64,000 bases of DNA from Macrostomum lignano. Its lineage: Eukaryota. Made by a program: the position numbers and the translations under genes. The notes under the pieces were generated by a model. It was given only the letters and a program-made list of their open reading frames with translations. It made no database searches and was not told where the DNA came from. Of this stretch, positions 1 through 17,601 are shown piece after piece; position 1 is the first letter of the stretch; every line of letters begins with the position of its first letter. The stretch is taken from positions 62,001 through 126,000 of the forward strand of contig NIVC01001407.1 of the NCBI GenBank assembly GCA_002269645.1, in the 5' to 3' direction.

Positions 1-4719
<4,719 letters not shown>

Positions 4720-6109
4720 CTGTGCAAATAATGAGAGAAATCTGTTTCTATTTAGTTTCTATTAGAATTATATCTTTACTGGGCATCAAAGTGTGCGCGT
4801 GCAGGGTTGATGTATCCGATTGAAATTAGATTTTTCCCCGGCTGCATGACAGTATGAGGGAGAGAGGGGGGAGAGAGAGAGGCCCCGCCCAGACTCGTTT
4901 ATGGATGCAGCTCAACTGGAGGGAGGGAGGCTGCAAGCTGCTTCGCTAGCCAGTAGAATCAAGATTGAGGCAGCTCCTCTCGATCCCCACCACCTCATCT
5001 CATCCATGCCTCAGGGGCGCAGCTCGACTGAGTTTGCCAATAATATATTCTCCACCCCCAAAAAACATGTCTTCCAATCCACCCCTACTAAAAGTTGGTC
5101 CTTTTTATAGTTAACTAGCGACAATATCGATAGCCCTGTACGTGTGTCTCCCCCCACAGGCCGAACGCGAAGTCAAGTCAAGTTCGTCAGCCAATATTTG
5201 TCGATTCCCCATCCTGCCTGACTGAGATCCTGGTGTAAAAAGTCCAAGTCTCCTTTTTGTGTGGCTGTGGTTTCGAGCCATATAAGCTAGTAAATATGTA
5301 CTATGATAAAAACTAAAAGCAGACAATATGGGCGGGGCTTTCAGACTCTTCTTTTTTGTGCGCTTCTGCTTCTGCCTTGATTAATCCCTTCCTTTCGGGT
5401 GGGGATGGATATGTTTGTCTTTAGCAAATCTGCATCGCGAACCCCCAGATTAATATCTTGGCAGACTGGGGCATTGAGGTCTGATACAACCACAGATCTT
5501 TTGCATCCTAGACTTCCGAATTGACAAATGTTTTGCAATTTTCAAAGAACCTTACCAAAATCTACAGAGCCATGCTGACCAGTCTCGGAGATGACGTTCA
5601 AATCAGAATTTGCAACATTCGACTGCCTACTTGGCATTGGGTTGAGCATTCTGTTTAAGCTCGACTCTAATTAACTGTAGAGCTACCGGCTGTGCAAGTT
5701 TTGGAGAAGAACGTTTCACCTGCATGGAAGTCGTTACTATGAGGCCAAAAATAGAGATTTTTTCTGGCATTTTCTTGGCCAATGCAAAGTGTGTGTGCGT
5801 GTCTCTCTCCTTTGCTTAATTTCTTCTTTCAATTTCTGTTACAAATGTAGCCACATATTGGTCCACTCAAGCAGCCTTATAGAATTGCTGACCACTGACT
5901 GATTCATTGACTTAAGTGGCGTTGCGGCTTCTTAGAAAGCAAAAAATTGTAAAGTGTAGCTGCGCTTAATGGGTCTTCAAGAGCTCGCTAAACCCGCTTA
6001 CTTGTAAAGCATAATTCAATTCAGGTATACCACCGAAACTGCGGCCATTCGTTGCTAGCAGTAACAAACAGACAAACGGTAGCAAAACAAAACAAACAGT
6101 TTGAATAAC

Positions 6110-6732
6110 TTGGGGCTTTAGCACCAAGGGGCTTTAGCACCAAGGGGCGCCAGCACCAAGGGGCTTTAGCACCAAGGGGCGCCAGCACCAAGGGGCTTTA
6201 GCACCAAGGGGCTTTAGCACCAAGGGGCTTTAGCACCAAGGGGCTTTAGCACCAAGGGGCTTTAGCACCAAGGGGCTTTAGCACCAAGGGGCTTTAGCAC
6301 CAAGGGGCTTTAGCACCAAGGGGCTTTAGCACCAAGGGGCTTTAGCACCAAGGGGCTTTAGCACCAAGGGGCTTTAGCACCAAGGGGCTTTAGCACCAAG
6401 GGGCTTTAGCACCAAGGGGCTTTAGCACCAAGGGGCTTTAGCACCAAGGGGCTTTAGCACCAAGGGGCGCCAGCACCAAGGGGCGCCAGCACCAAGGGGC
6501 GCCAGCACCAAGGGCGCCAGCACCAAGGGGCGCCAGCACCAAGGGGCGCCAGCACCAAGGGGCGCCAGCACCAAGGGGCGCCAGCACCAAGGGGCGCCAG
6601 CACCAAGGGGCGCCAGCACCAAGGGGCGCCAGCACCAAGGGGCGCCAGCACCAAGGGGCGCCAGCACCAAGGGGCGCCAGCACCAAGGGGCGCCAGCACC
6701 AAGGGGCGCCAGCACCAAGGGGCACCAGCATC
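6110..6732 (+). repeat. 16-nt minisatellite (gcaccaaggggcttta / gcaccaaggggcgcca)
   Basis: Direct reading; two variant blocks switch near 6466. Confidence 0.95.
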
Positions 6733-6911
6733 AAGTGGCTTTTACGCTCGTAATCACGACACGGCCCTGTCACTGCCTGGTACCAATAAAATGCGGCGCA
6801 TATTGCAAATTCATTCAATACAAAACAGTCACTCATACCTATAGAATTACTGTTTAAATTCGGAATTGCTAATTACTTTTAGAAATGTGACACCATTGAA
6901 AACCCACACAC

Positions 6912-6965
6912 GGTGGCGTACGCTGAGGGGGGGGGCAGGGGGCGGTCCACCCCCCCCCCCTTAAT
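6912..6965 (+). mobile_element. Possible terminus of a non-autonomous DNA transposon (Harbinger-MITE-like G/C-run end)
   Basis: ggtggcgtacgctgagggggggggcagggggcggtccaccccc resembles common invertebrate MITE ends; matching inverted end not found. Confidence 0.3.
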
Positions 6966-7547
6966 TGCCGCCACAAAAATTGTACTCCGAAAACTACAGA
7001 AAGGGGTAACCAAAAGCGACGAGCGACAGGGGCTCAAACTTTTGCACCTCTAGGACGTGGCGCCCACCAAGAGACAGGGGCGCTGCACACACACTGCGCT
7101 GTATGATTTGTATTTGTTAAAAATTCTTTCAATACGCCTGTCAAAGTTATATAAGCTCCCCTGCACTTCACTGTTCACTCAAGCATGCCTACGAAGGCAC
7201 CTCAACCACAGCTCCAGAACAGCTCTCTCTCTTTCCCTCAATCAGTGTGCTAAGCCGGTTAAAAAATTGACTTACAAAAAAGAGGCAGGCGCGTTCATGC
7301 GAAACGACTTGCAAATTTTGTTGGGATTTTTTGTTGCAATTGATCCTATTTGTTGCAGGTTGTATTTCTACTATAGATAGATGCTCTCGCGATAAAGCAG
7401 CTACCTGCTAGGATATTTGAAGATTATTGCTGAGTATTCTTTACATAAAATTTGACTGACTACATTCGGGTGATGAAAGGGATTAACAACTATGCTGTGT
7501 GTGCCTCTCTCATATACTACAAAAGACAGGAGCGCCTAAAAAGAGAC

Positions 7548-8252
7548 ACGGGCGCCCACCAAGAGACCGGGGCGCCCACCAAGAGACAGGGTTTGTCCAC
7601 CAAGAGACGGGTGCGCCAACCAAGAGACGGAGGCGCCCACCAAGAGACGGGGGCGCCACCAAGAGACAGGGGCGCCCACCAAGAGACAGGGGCGCCCACC
7701 AAGAGACAGGGGCGACCACCAAGAGACAGAGGCGCCCATCAAGAGACAGGGTTTGTCCACCAAGAGACAGGGGCGCCCACCAAGAGACGGGGGCGCCACC
7801 AAGAGACAGGGGCGCCCACCAAGAGATGGGGGCGCCCACCAAGAGACAGGGGCGACCACCAAGAGACAGAGGCGCCCACCAAGAGACAGGGGCGCCACCA
7901 TAAGACAGGGGCACCCACACCAAGAGACTGTCGCGCCCACCAAGGGACAGGGGCGCCCATTAAGAGACAGGGGCGACCACCAAGAGACAGAGGCGCCCAC
8001 CAAGAGACAGGGTTTGTCCACCAAGAGACAGGGGCGCCCACCAAGAGACGGGGGCGCCACCAAGAGACAGGGGCGCCCACCAAGAGATGGGGGCGCCCAC
8101 CAAGAGACAGGGGCGACCACCAAGAGACAGAGGCGCCCACCAAGAGACAGGGGCGCCACCATAAGACAGGGGCACCCACACCAAGAGACTGTCGCGCCCA
8201 CCAAGGGACAGGGGCGCCCATTAAGAGACAGGGGCGCCCACCAAGAGACGGG
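7548..8252 (+). repeat. 20-21-nt minisatellite (ggcgcccaccaagagacagg) with a 261-bp higher-order duplication
   Basis: Variant units recur at 7749/8010 and 7900/8161; an isolated unit lies at ~7057-7082. Confidence 0.95.
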
Positions 8253-9217
8253 GGCTTTTTCAAAAGCTTATTTTTCAAACTTTTGATGACAAAAATTGTC
8301 ATCTCTTTGCTGATGCATTTTGCAACGATTTTTGCAAATTGGGACTTCTGCTTTACTACTTGTAGTAGTTAAAAAATTCACACAGTAAATAACTGCTTTA
8401 TCTTAAATAAAATAATTTTTTTCGATCATGAGCAATCGTGAGCAATGCAAGATAAATTTATTAGAACACTTCGCCAAGGACTGCAGATCAACACGTGCCG
8501 TTTTCAACTCGCAAGCTTTTGTGCCAGAAGTGACACGTGTGAATGAAAAAAATACTTTTCTTGATAATAACAAATGCTAAAATCATATTAAGATACTGGA
8601 ACAGAATCGCTTTAGTAAAATAGATAAACGCACAGGAAAAATCTAATAAATGACAGCCTGAACTTAAAACAACAGACGCCTTGAAATCCGCGCATTATAA
8701 TAAAAATGCACTTTCAGTTCGAAGATAAGCCAGAGAACGGAAATATCAAGGCTGGCATGAAATATTATTCAGCATAAAAGATATTAGGATGCGCAGATAT
8801 TAATCAGACACAAAGTATAACAAATCGATAAATAAAATGAAATAAATCGGGGTTTTCGTTAAAATAAACAAAGTGGATGATCAATAGTCCTTAATTTGTT
8901 AGTAGAAAACACAGATCGTAAAACACTTAGATGAAACTAAGATATTTACTTCGATTTTAGATCATTTGAAGATGACAAATGCCCAATTAAGTCATTTGTC
9001 TTTAATTTATACAATATTATTTAAAACAATTTTTTTAAAATATTATAAAATGAACTTTGTTTTCAGAATCGCAACATTGCAGCTTTTTTGCAATCAAGTG
9101 AATTTTTTAAACAAATAAAGCTACAAGAATATCTAGGATAAAATTTTCAACTCTGTTTTGTTTTAACAAAAAACACATCACGCACAAAGCAGTTACACAG
9201 CGTACGAATGTTTCAAT

Positions 9218-11637
9218 CTACTCAGCCTGCTCAAAGCTGAGTCCGGACGGGCTGGAATCTGTGGCATTGTGCAGCAGAGTTGAGCATTGCAAAACCTGTG
9301 GTTGAGGCGTTTCACGCTCCTGAGTAGTCTGCTGCTGCTGCTGTTGAAAGCAATAGTTTGGATAGTAGAACTGAGCTGAGTGCTGCTGATAGGCCTGCTG
9401 ATACTGCTGATAGTAGTAGTATGGGTACTGCTGCTCATGCTGCTGCTGCTCAAGTTGCTGCTGATGACTTACGCTGGGCAGGTACCACGGGTACGGATTG
9501 TACGCAAACTGCTGACTAAAATCCTCAGGCTGTTGACTGACTTCGTCGTGTTCAGTAGCGTCTGCACCCCATGACCGCGCCTGACTGTGCATCTGCGCCG
9601 GTAATTCTTGAGCAGGTTGTGCCAACGAAGCGACTAAAGACTTTGCTGCATTGCTGGCTGCCGTAAGTGATGATGATGATGAAGAGGTGATGCTGTAGGG
9701 TCGGTGACGATGTGACGCAGACGTAGCGACAGACTCCGCATTGGACCACCGCCCGTAAGACAACTCAGTTTGGCTTGGATAAGAACCAAATTCTACTGCC
9801 TGAGCCGGAGACCTGGTTTAATCAGAGCGAGGGAATTCGCGTGCTGATTGTCTTGCATTCAAAGTGGCTTTTCTAGTCATGCGTGACTTAAGTTTAGTCA
9901 CAGATTAGGCTGAAGACAGAAGGGAAAGGTCTGAAGAATGAAGGGAGAGAAGGGAAGGGTCTGAGAATGAAGGGAGAGAAATAGGGAAGGGTCTGAGAAT
10001 GAAGGGAGAGAAGGGAAGGGTCTGAGAATGAAGGGAGAGAAGGGAAGGGTCTGAGAATGAAGGGAGAGAAGGGAAGGGTCTGAGAATGAAGGGAGAGAAG
10101 GGAAGGGTCTGAAAATGAAGGGAGAGAAGGGAAGGGTCTGAGAATGAAGGGAGAGAAGGGAAGGGTCTGAAAATGAAGGGAGAGAAGGGAAGGGTCTGAA
10201 AATGAAGGGAGAGAAGGGAAGGGTCTGAGAATGAAGGGAGAGAAGGGAAGGGTCTGAGAATGAAGGGAGAGAAATAGGGAAGGGTCTGAGAATGAAGGGA
10301 GAGAAGGGAAGGGTCTGAGAATGAAGGGAGAGAAGGGAAGGGTCTGAGAATGAAGGGAGAGAAGGGAAGGGTCTGAGAATGAAGGGAGAGAAGGGAAGGG
10401 TCTGAAAATGAAGGGAGAGAAGGGAAGGGTCTGAGAATGAAGGGAGAGAAGGGAAGGGTCTGAGAATGAAGGGAGAGAAGGGAAGGGTCTGAGAATGAAG
10501 GGAGAAAAGGGAAGGGTCTGAGAATGAAGGGAGAGAAGGGAAGGGTCTGAGAATGAAGGGAGATAAGGGAAGGGTCTGAGAATGAAGGGAGAGAAATAGG
10601 GAAGGGTCTGAGAATGAAGGGAGAGAAGGGAAGGGTCTGAGAATGAAGGGAGAGAAGGGAAGGGTCTGAGAAGGAAGGGAGAAGGGAAGGGTCTGAGAAT
10701 GAAGGGAGAGAAGGGAAGGGTCTGAGAATGAAGGGAGATAAGGGAAGGGTCTGAGAATGAAGGGAGATAAGGGAAGGGTCTGAGAAGGAAGGGAGAAGGG
10801 AAGGGTCTGAGAATGAAGGGAGATAAGGGAAGGGTCTGAGAATGAAGGGAGAGAAATAGGGAAGGGTCTGAGAATGAAGGGAGAAAAGGGAAGGGTCTGA
10901 GAATGAAGGGAGAGAAGGGAAGGGTCTGAGAATGAAGGGAGAGAAGGGAAGGGTCTGAGAATGAAGGGAGAGAAGGGAAGGGTCTGAGAATGAAGGGAGA
11001 TAAGGGAAGGGTCTGAGAATGAAGGGAGAGAAATAGGGAAGGGTCTGAGAATGAAGGGAGAAAAGGGAAGGGTCTGAGAATGAAGGAAGAGAAGGGAAGG
11101 GTCTGAGAATGAAGGGAGAAGGGAAGGGTCTGAGAATGAAGGGAGAGAAGGGAAGGGTCTGAGAATGAAGGGAGATAAGGGAAGGGTCTGAGAAGGAAGG
11201 GAGAAGGGAAGGGTCTGAGAATGAAGGGAGATAAGGGAAGGGTCTGAGAATGAAGGGAGAGAAATAGGGAAGGGTCTGAGAATGAAGGGAGAAAAGGGAA
11301 GGGTCTGAGAATGAAGGAAGAGAAGGGAAGGGTCTGAGAATGAAGGGAGAAGGGAAGGGTCTGAGAATGAAGGAAGAGAAGGGAAGGGTCTGAGAATGAA
11401 GGGAGATAAGGGAAGGGTCTGAGAAGGAAGGGAGAAGGGAAGGGTCTGAGAATGAAGGGAGATAAGGGAAGGGTCTGAGAATGAAGGGAGAGAATGGAAG
11501 GGTCTGAGAAGGAAGGGAGCTGGGAAGGGTTCCTGTTCATTTCTCGCCAAACCACCAGAGTCAAGTAACTTACACTTCAGAAGGCTGTTGCTCAACTTGA
11601 AATTTGGGCGCATTCAAGCCCTCAGTTTTCACATGAA

Positions 11638-11678
<41 letters not shown>

Positions 11679-14002
11679 AGAGCCTGCACGGTGGGCCGGA
11701 AACTGTCAATCAGCAGCGGCCCGGACCGGTCTCCCTGATTGCGGATGCCCTTAGCGTAGGGATTGAATTGGATCTTCAGATCGGTGAGCTCCGGGTTCTG
11801 GTAGGCGGTGACCGTGATGAACTCCGTGCCAGGGAAGGTCACGGCTGTGTAGAACGCGGCGGCTGCGAGCAAAGTGTTTTGTGCGGTTTTTTAGGGAGAG
11901 AATGGATTGCGAAAGCATCTCACCCTACATCTCATTCTAACTCTTTTTATCTCATCCTACATCTCAATCTACACCTCACCCTACACCTCACCCTACATCT
12001 CATTCTACCTCTTTTTATCTCATCCTGCATCTCATCCTACATTTCATTCTACATCTCATCCTACATCTTATCCTACACCTCATCCTACATCTCTTCCTAG
12101 GTCTCATCCTACATCTCATCCTACATTTCATCCTACACCTCATCCTATATCTCATCTTACATCTCTTCCTAGGTCTCATCCTACATCTCATCCTACATTT
12201 CATCCTACACCTCATCCTATATCTCATCTTACATCTCTTCCTAGGTCTCATCCTACATCTCATCCTACATTTCATTCCGCATCTCATCCTACATCTCATC
12301 CTACATCTCATCGTACATCTCATTCTACATCTCATCCTACATCTCATTCTACATCTCATCCTACATCTCATCCTACACATCATCCTACATCTCATCCTAC
12401 ACATCATCCTACATCTCATCCTTCATCTCATCCTACATTTCATTCTACATCTCATCCTACACCTCATCCTACACCTCATCCTACATCTCATCTCACATCT
12501 CATCTCACATCTCATCCAAAATCTCATCATCCAAAATCTCGCTCTCAAAAATTTCATTTAAATCCCCCACCAGAGGGTGCATCTCTACAAATTTTAATCT
12601 CAGTGATACATTATTATCCCTCACCATCATTTTTGGCCAGCTCCCGGATGTGCACCACGGGCAGGTACTTGTGCATGCTGTACGCGAATATCATGGTGCC
12701 GTTGCGAGCCGGCTCGCTGGCGAAGCAGTCCAGCTTGTTGGTGAGCTTCAGCCGCATGAAGGCCACCTCCTGCCGGGTCCAGTGCTTGCCGGGGGCCGGC
12801 GAGTCCGGGTGCACATAGGCCAGGCCGACTGGTGGGGTGGCGGGGCTGACAGTGAGACTGGCTAACAGGTGACACTCCTGTCTAACAGGTGACTCTCCTG
12901 TCTAACAGGTGACACTCCTGTCTAACAGGTAACACCATACTATCAAATCTATCAGGCAGACACGGCAACAAACTTGCAATAAAGCTTTAAGACAAGTCAC
13001 TATTTATGAAAATAAATATTTGTGTTTACAAAACATTACCTGTGCAGCCAGGTGGCGGGTACACCTCTCCCTGACCATTGGGCAGCCACACGCCTCTCTG
13101 GTACTTCAGAGTATGCCGATCGGCCAGCATCAGTGTGACGTACACTTCGTACTTCTTAGCTGGATCGAGGCCTTGAATATCCAGACTCAAAGTTGGAAAC
13201 ATTCGCCTGCCAACCTTGGTGACAATCATCTCCGTGTTCTGACGGCTGAACTTGCGCCATGTGGACGAGTTGCTGAGACTGATCCCAACCTGAAAATTTT
13301 AACCAAAGCGTAACTTTGATTGTAATTAATTCCCTTATGGGTCTAATGATGAGGGATCATAACGGTGCAAATAAGAATCGACTGTTAGATATGCGCGTCA
13401 CCTGTAAGACAGAAGACAGGGGCGCCCTTCAAGAGACAGGGGCGCTCGCCAAGAGACAGGGGCGCCCTTCAAGAGACAGGGGCGCTCGCCAAGAGACAGG
13501 GGCGCTCGCCAAGAGACAGGGGCGCTCGCCAAGAGACAGAGGCGCCCACCAAGCGACAGGGGCGCCCATTAAGAGATAGGGGCGCTCGCCAAGAGACAGG
13601 GGCGCTCACCAAGAGACAGGGGCGCCCTTCAAGAGACAGGGGCGCTCATCAAAAGACAGGGGCGCTCACCAAGAGACAGGGGCGCTCGCCAAGAGACAGG
13701 GGCGCTCACCAAGAGACAGGGGCGCTCACCAAGAGACAGGGGCGCTCACCAAGAGACATGGGCGCCCACCAACTAAAATTCCTGAGTGCGCAACTGGTAG
13801 GGAGTTAAATTAAAATAAACAGACATACCTGTTCACCAGACGGTGCCACATTAGCTAGGTAACGCGGCTGAAATCCCTGCTGCACCTGAGTCCTTGATGT
13901 CGACTTCACCAATGGTGTCACTTCAGCTGCCGTTGTCAGTTCCGCAGCAGTCGCTGGGTCGCTAGTGCAGCTGCCTTTAACAGTCGTGTTTGTCTTTTTC
14001 AT
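9218..14002 (-). CDS. T-box transcription factor (Brachyury/Eomes-Tbr1-like, divergent), ~514 aa; exons 14002-13829, 13289-13040, 12861-12625, 11862-11574, 9812-9218
   Basis: T-domain motifs [37 protein letters not shown] and [27 protein letters not shown]. All introns are GT-AG with consistent phases (0,1,1,2). Start ATG at 14002 is inferred. Confidence 0.9.
9905..11535 (+). repeat. ~29-nt purine-rich minisatellite (gggaagggtctgagaatgaagggagagaa), T-box intron 4
   Basis: Direct reading, roughly 55 copies. Confidence 0.97.
11913..12535 (+). repeat. ~12-nt minisatellite (ctacatctcatc), T-box intron 3
   Basis: Direct reading. Confidence 0.93.
12862..12934 (-). repeat. 20-nt repeat x4 (acaggagtgtcacctgttag) forming the 3' end of T-box intron 2
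   Basis: Direct reading; the last unit supplies the phase-compatible acceptor AG. Confidence 0.85.
13414..13772 (+). repeat. 21-nt minisatellite (caagagacaggggcgctcgc), T-box intron 1; same family as 7548-8252
   Basis: Direct reading; shared core ccaagagacaggggcgc. Confidence 0.95.
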
Positions 14003-14384
14003 GTTTTGCTGTGTCTCATGCAGCAGCACTGGTTTCCTTATCAAAGTGGTATTGCTAGTTCTGTCGGCACTTAATATTTATATACGACTTGATTCATCAA
14101 TCGCTGACTGACAGTCTGCCCTCCCTATTACATACGCTTGTATTTTTTAACTCAAACCCCCAAAACGAATCAATGAGTAGGGGGGGGGGTTGGGGGAACT
14201 GCCGTCCAATGAATGTACATTTGAGAATCTAATAAAAAAGCTAATTATTACGTCATCGCTTTATGAGGTTTTGCTCTCGTCCAACTCTCGTATCTCAGCA
14301 CTTTCAGTTTATCGTCATAATTTGATTTCTCCACGTAAATCTCAAGTCCAAACTTGCTGCTTTTCATCGAACTGAATTTTCAAC

Positions 14385-14700
14385 CAGTGGGTGGCTTCAA
14401 AGCACTGGGAGAGTTCATGGGCTAACGTCCCCTACTGCCGGCAATCCCGCGCGGTTGTCCCCTCCTCCTTCCCCCGCCTTTCGTAGGGCTCTGCTTGGAC
14501 TCAACCCTAGGGACATCAGGGCGGTGATCATGGCCCTCTCGGGTCATGGCTGTTTTGCAAGGGCATGGCCCATTCTGCCACTCTGGATTTGAGAATTTCA
14601 TCTGTGAATGCCCCCCCCCCCATTTACTTAGGAGAGGTCCTGATCTCCGACGCTGTCAGGCCCGTGAATCTCTGCCAACTCTCTATCAGATACCATTGGT
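14385..14700 (+). mobile_element. Decayed non-LTR retrotransposon (R1/LOA-like) ORF2 C-terminal fragment
   Basis: Across stops and frameshifts it reads [16 protein letters not shown]..., LLGLNPRDIRAVIMALSGHGCFAR and ...FICEC. This resembles the W..W...CRQ / LTGH / Cys region downstream of RT in R1/LOA-clade LINEs. Confidence 0.5.
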
Positions 14701-14957
14701 GTAAATTCTTAATAATGATTGCCCTACAGTTCAGGAGTAAAATTTACATGTAAATTTGAAAGAAAACTTAGAGAACGTTACTTTGATTTATAGTATTTGG
14801 AAACTGTTTTGCCAAAAGTGCACTTTTGAAAGTGCTGAAGAATCTACGAAGCTGTTTGCAGCTTTTCCAAGACTGATGAAGAGCTGACAACGTATAAAGC
14901 ATTGTTGACCAGTTAATACTGTAGTAATGAATGCTCTGTTGAAATGAAAACACATCC

Positions 14958-15292
14958 CTCTCTCGCTCTCCTTCTCCCACTCTCCCTCTCCCGCTCTCCC
15001 TCTCCCGCTCTCCCTCCCCCGCTCTCCCTCCCCCGCTCTCCCTCCCCCGCTCTACCTCTCCCGCTCTACCTCTCCCGCTCTCCCTCCCCCGCTCTACCTC
15101 TCCCGCTCTACCTCTCCCGCTCTACCTCTCCCGCTCTCCCTCCCCCGCTCTACCTCTCCCGCTCTACCTCTCCCGCTCTACCTCTCCCGCTCTACCTCTC
15201 CCGCTCTCCCTCCCCTCTACCTGCACTCTCCATCTTACTCTTCCACTCCCCGCTCCCATTTCTTGTCTCCCTCCTCCGCTCTCCCTCTCAAT
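14958..15292 (+). repeat. C/T-rich ~14-nt minisatellite (tcccgctctacctc)
   Basis: Direct reading. Confidence 0.9.
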
Positions 15293-15943
15293 GAAACAAT
15301 TTTATTTCTAACAATATTTCCAACAAGAAAAAATAGACAGTCGACAAAATTCAACTTCTTTGAATAACTATAGAAAACCCTGATATTTGAGTATCACGGA
15401 ATTTTTTGCTAACTTTCTAAGTTACCACAGGTGCCTCGTACAGGGACCACCTATGGCGAGGCAAGAGATGCGGGGCTGAGTCCTGACCCACTGACGTGAC
15501 CATATTTCTTCAATAATTATAAATTGATAATAGCTAAACACAATTTGATCAAGCCTAGAAATGCCGAGTTTGAGTAATTATCACTTCTAAATGGCTGGTC
15601 ATTTCATTTTTTGCGAAGTTCTCTGATCATCTGCCATACTTTATAAAAGGTGCTAATCGTGGCTAAATTTGAGTTCAACTTCGATTTACTTTAACAATAC
15701 GTGCTGTCAGTAAATAGTGCACCTGCACTCCCATGGTGCTTTGTGTCATCCAGTCATTAATGTTGCTCTGCTTCCAAGACTTGGTTTCACCCTCTGGCGA
15801 TTGTTTTGGTGCTAATCTGCTCAGTGGGGGTGGGGTGGGTTGAGACTGCTCAGGCATCCATCTCCAATGCTCTGTATTTGCTGCTCTTTTTGTCTGTCCT
15901 CCTTTCACCTTAGCTCGTATCACTCTCATTTGGGCCAGTGTTT

Positions 15944-16502
<559 letters not shown>

Positions 16503-17569
16503 TAAATTCCGTCGTACCCTCCATTGAACTAAACGTGTATGACCCAATTGCTTTTACATTTACAAGTGCATTTACATGTTTATGTACAGCTTTTAAATGG
16601 AATGTTTAATTCATTCACCCTGTTGTGGTACCATTAAGCTAGGACACGTTGTTTTGGATTAAGGTAACAATTCAAGAGTCATAGTTGCCCTACTAATTGT
16701 TGTGTGGTGTTCGCGCATTTACCAATAAATAACTCACCGCCGATTAATTTTCCTTATTTAAACATAAATGTAAAACACAATTTATAATGTATTGTACGAG
16801 ATGATGGGAATGCATTGCAGTACATGTTATTTAATTTCGGATGGGTGATTGACGGGATAATTCATGCGCTGGCTTATACATGCACATATTTATTGTAACA
16901 TGCATAATTTTCATGCTTCTCGAAGTATCGACCCTGAGCGAGCAAACCTAAGCGGAAGTCCCTTTCGTAGTATATGTAATTGAGCAAGTGCTTATGTTAG
17001 GTCCACTAATCTCGTAGCTATTTCCTATTTGCAATGTACACTCACTTACATGTACTGCATGACACGTGCAACCGGGGTACATGCATAGGCAGCCTGTCGC
17101 ACTGTATAAAAATGAATGAAAATATTCAAATATTAATGATAAGCTATTACAGTCTACGTGCTAGCTTATAATTAGGTTTAAATAGGTACTAAGTACTTAC
17201 TTGCACAGCATTAGTTAAAATGTGTCAGTCGCAAGTAATACACGAAGTAGGGACAATTTTAAACTGAGCATGTTCTGTGAATTTTCTAGAAAATGTGTAA
17301 GGCCTGTCTGCAGATTAGTTGAAACAGTGGCATGCTTCAGCTTGCTTATCTATTACATTTGTTTAGTTATTGAAAACTTCTTCCTGTTTGGCCTTGTTCA
17401 TAGATTTTTTGTCTCTGTACGGTGTAACGTATTATAGTTTGCTAAAATTCAAGAACGTTAGGCAGCTGCATCTCCATTTGGCCTAGTTCAAATATTGTAA
17501 TAGACAGGCCTAGTGTTAAGTTGAATGAATTAGTTTAGGCGAACTGTTTCTTTACCTGATTTTGACTGT

Positions 17570-17586
17570 AGTTTGTATTTTTTTAG
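17570..17586 (+). promoter_or_regulatory. 3' splice acceptor 15 nt upstream of the UBE2G2 ATG (5'UTR intron or SL trans-splice site)
   Basis: gtttgtattttttttag|cctaaacattgtcatATG. Confidence 0.45.
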
Positions 17587-17601
17587 CCTAAACATTGTCA
17601 T

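Noticed and set aside
5111-5538. Two short minus-strand ORFs
   Set aside because: No recognisable motif or splice support; possibly decayed TE sequence.
6422-8372. Long repetitive ORFs (CWRPLVLAPLGAGAPW, HQETGAPTKR)
   Set aside because: They are translations of minisatellites, open in several frames on both strands, with no splice or start context.
9894-11613. 556- and 571-aa ORFs
   Set aside because: Stop-free readings of the 29-nt array within T-box intron 4.
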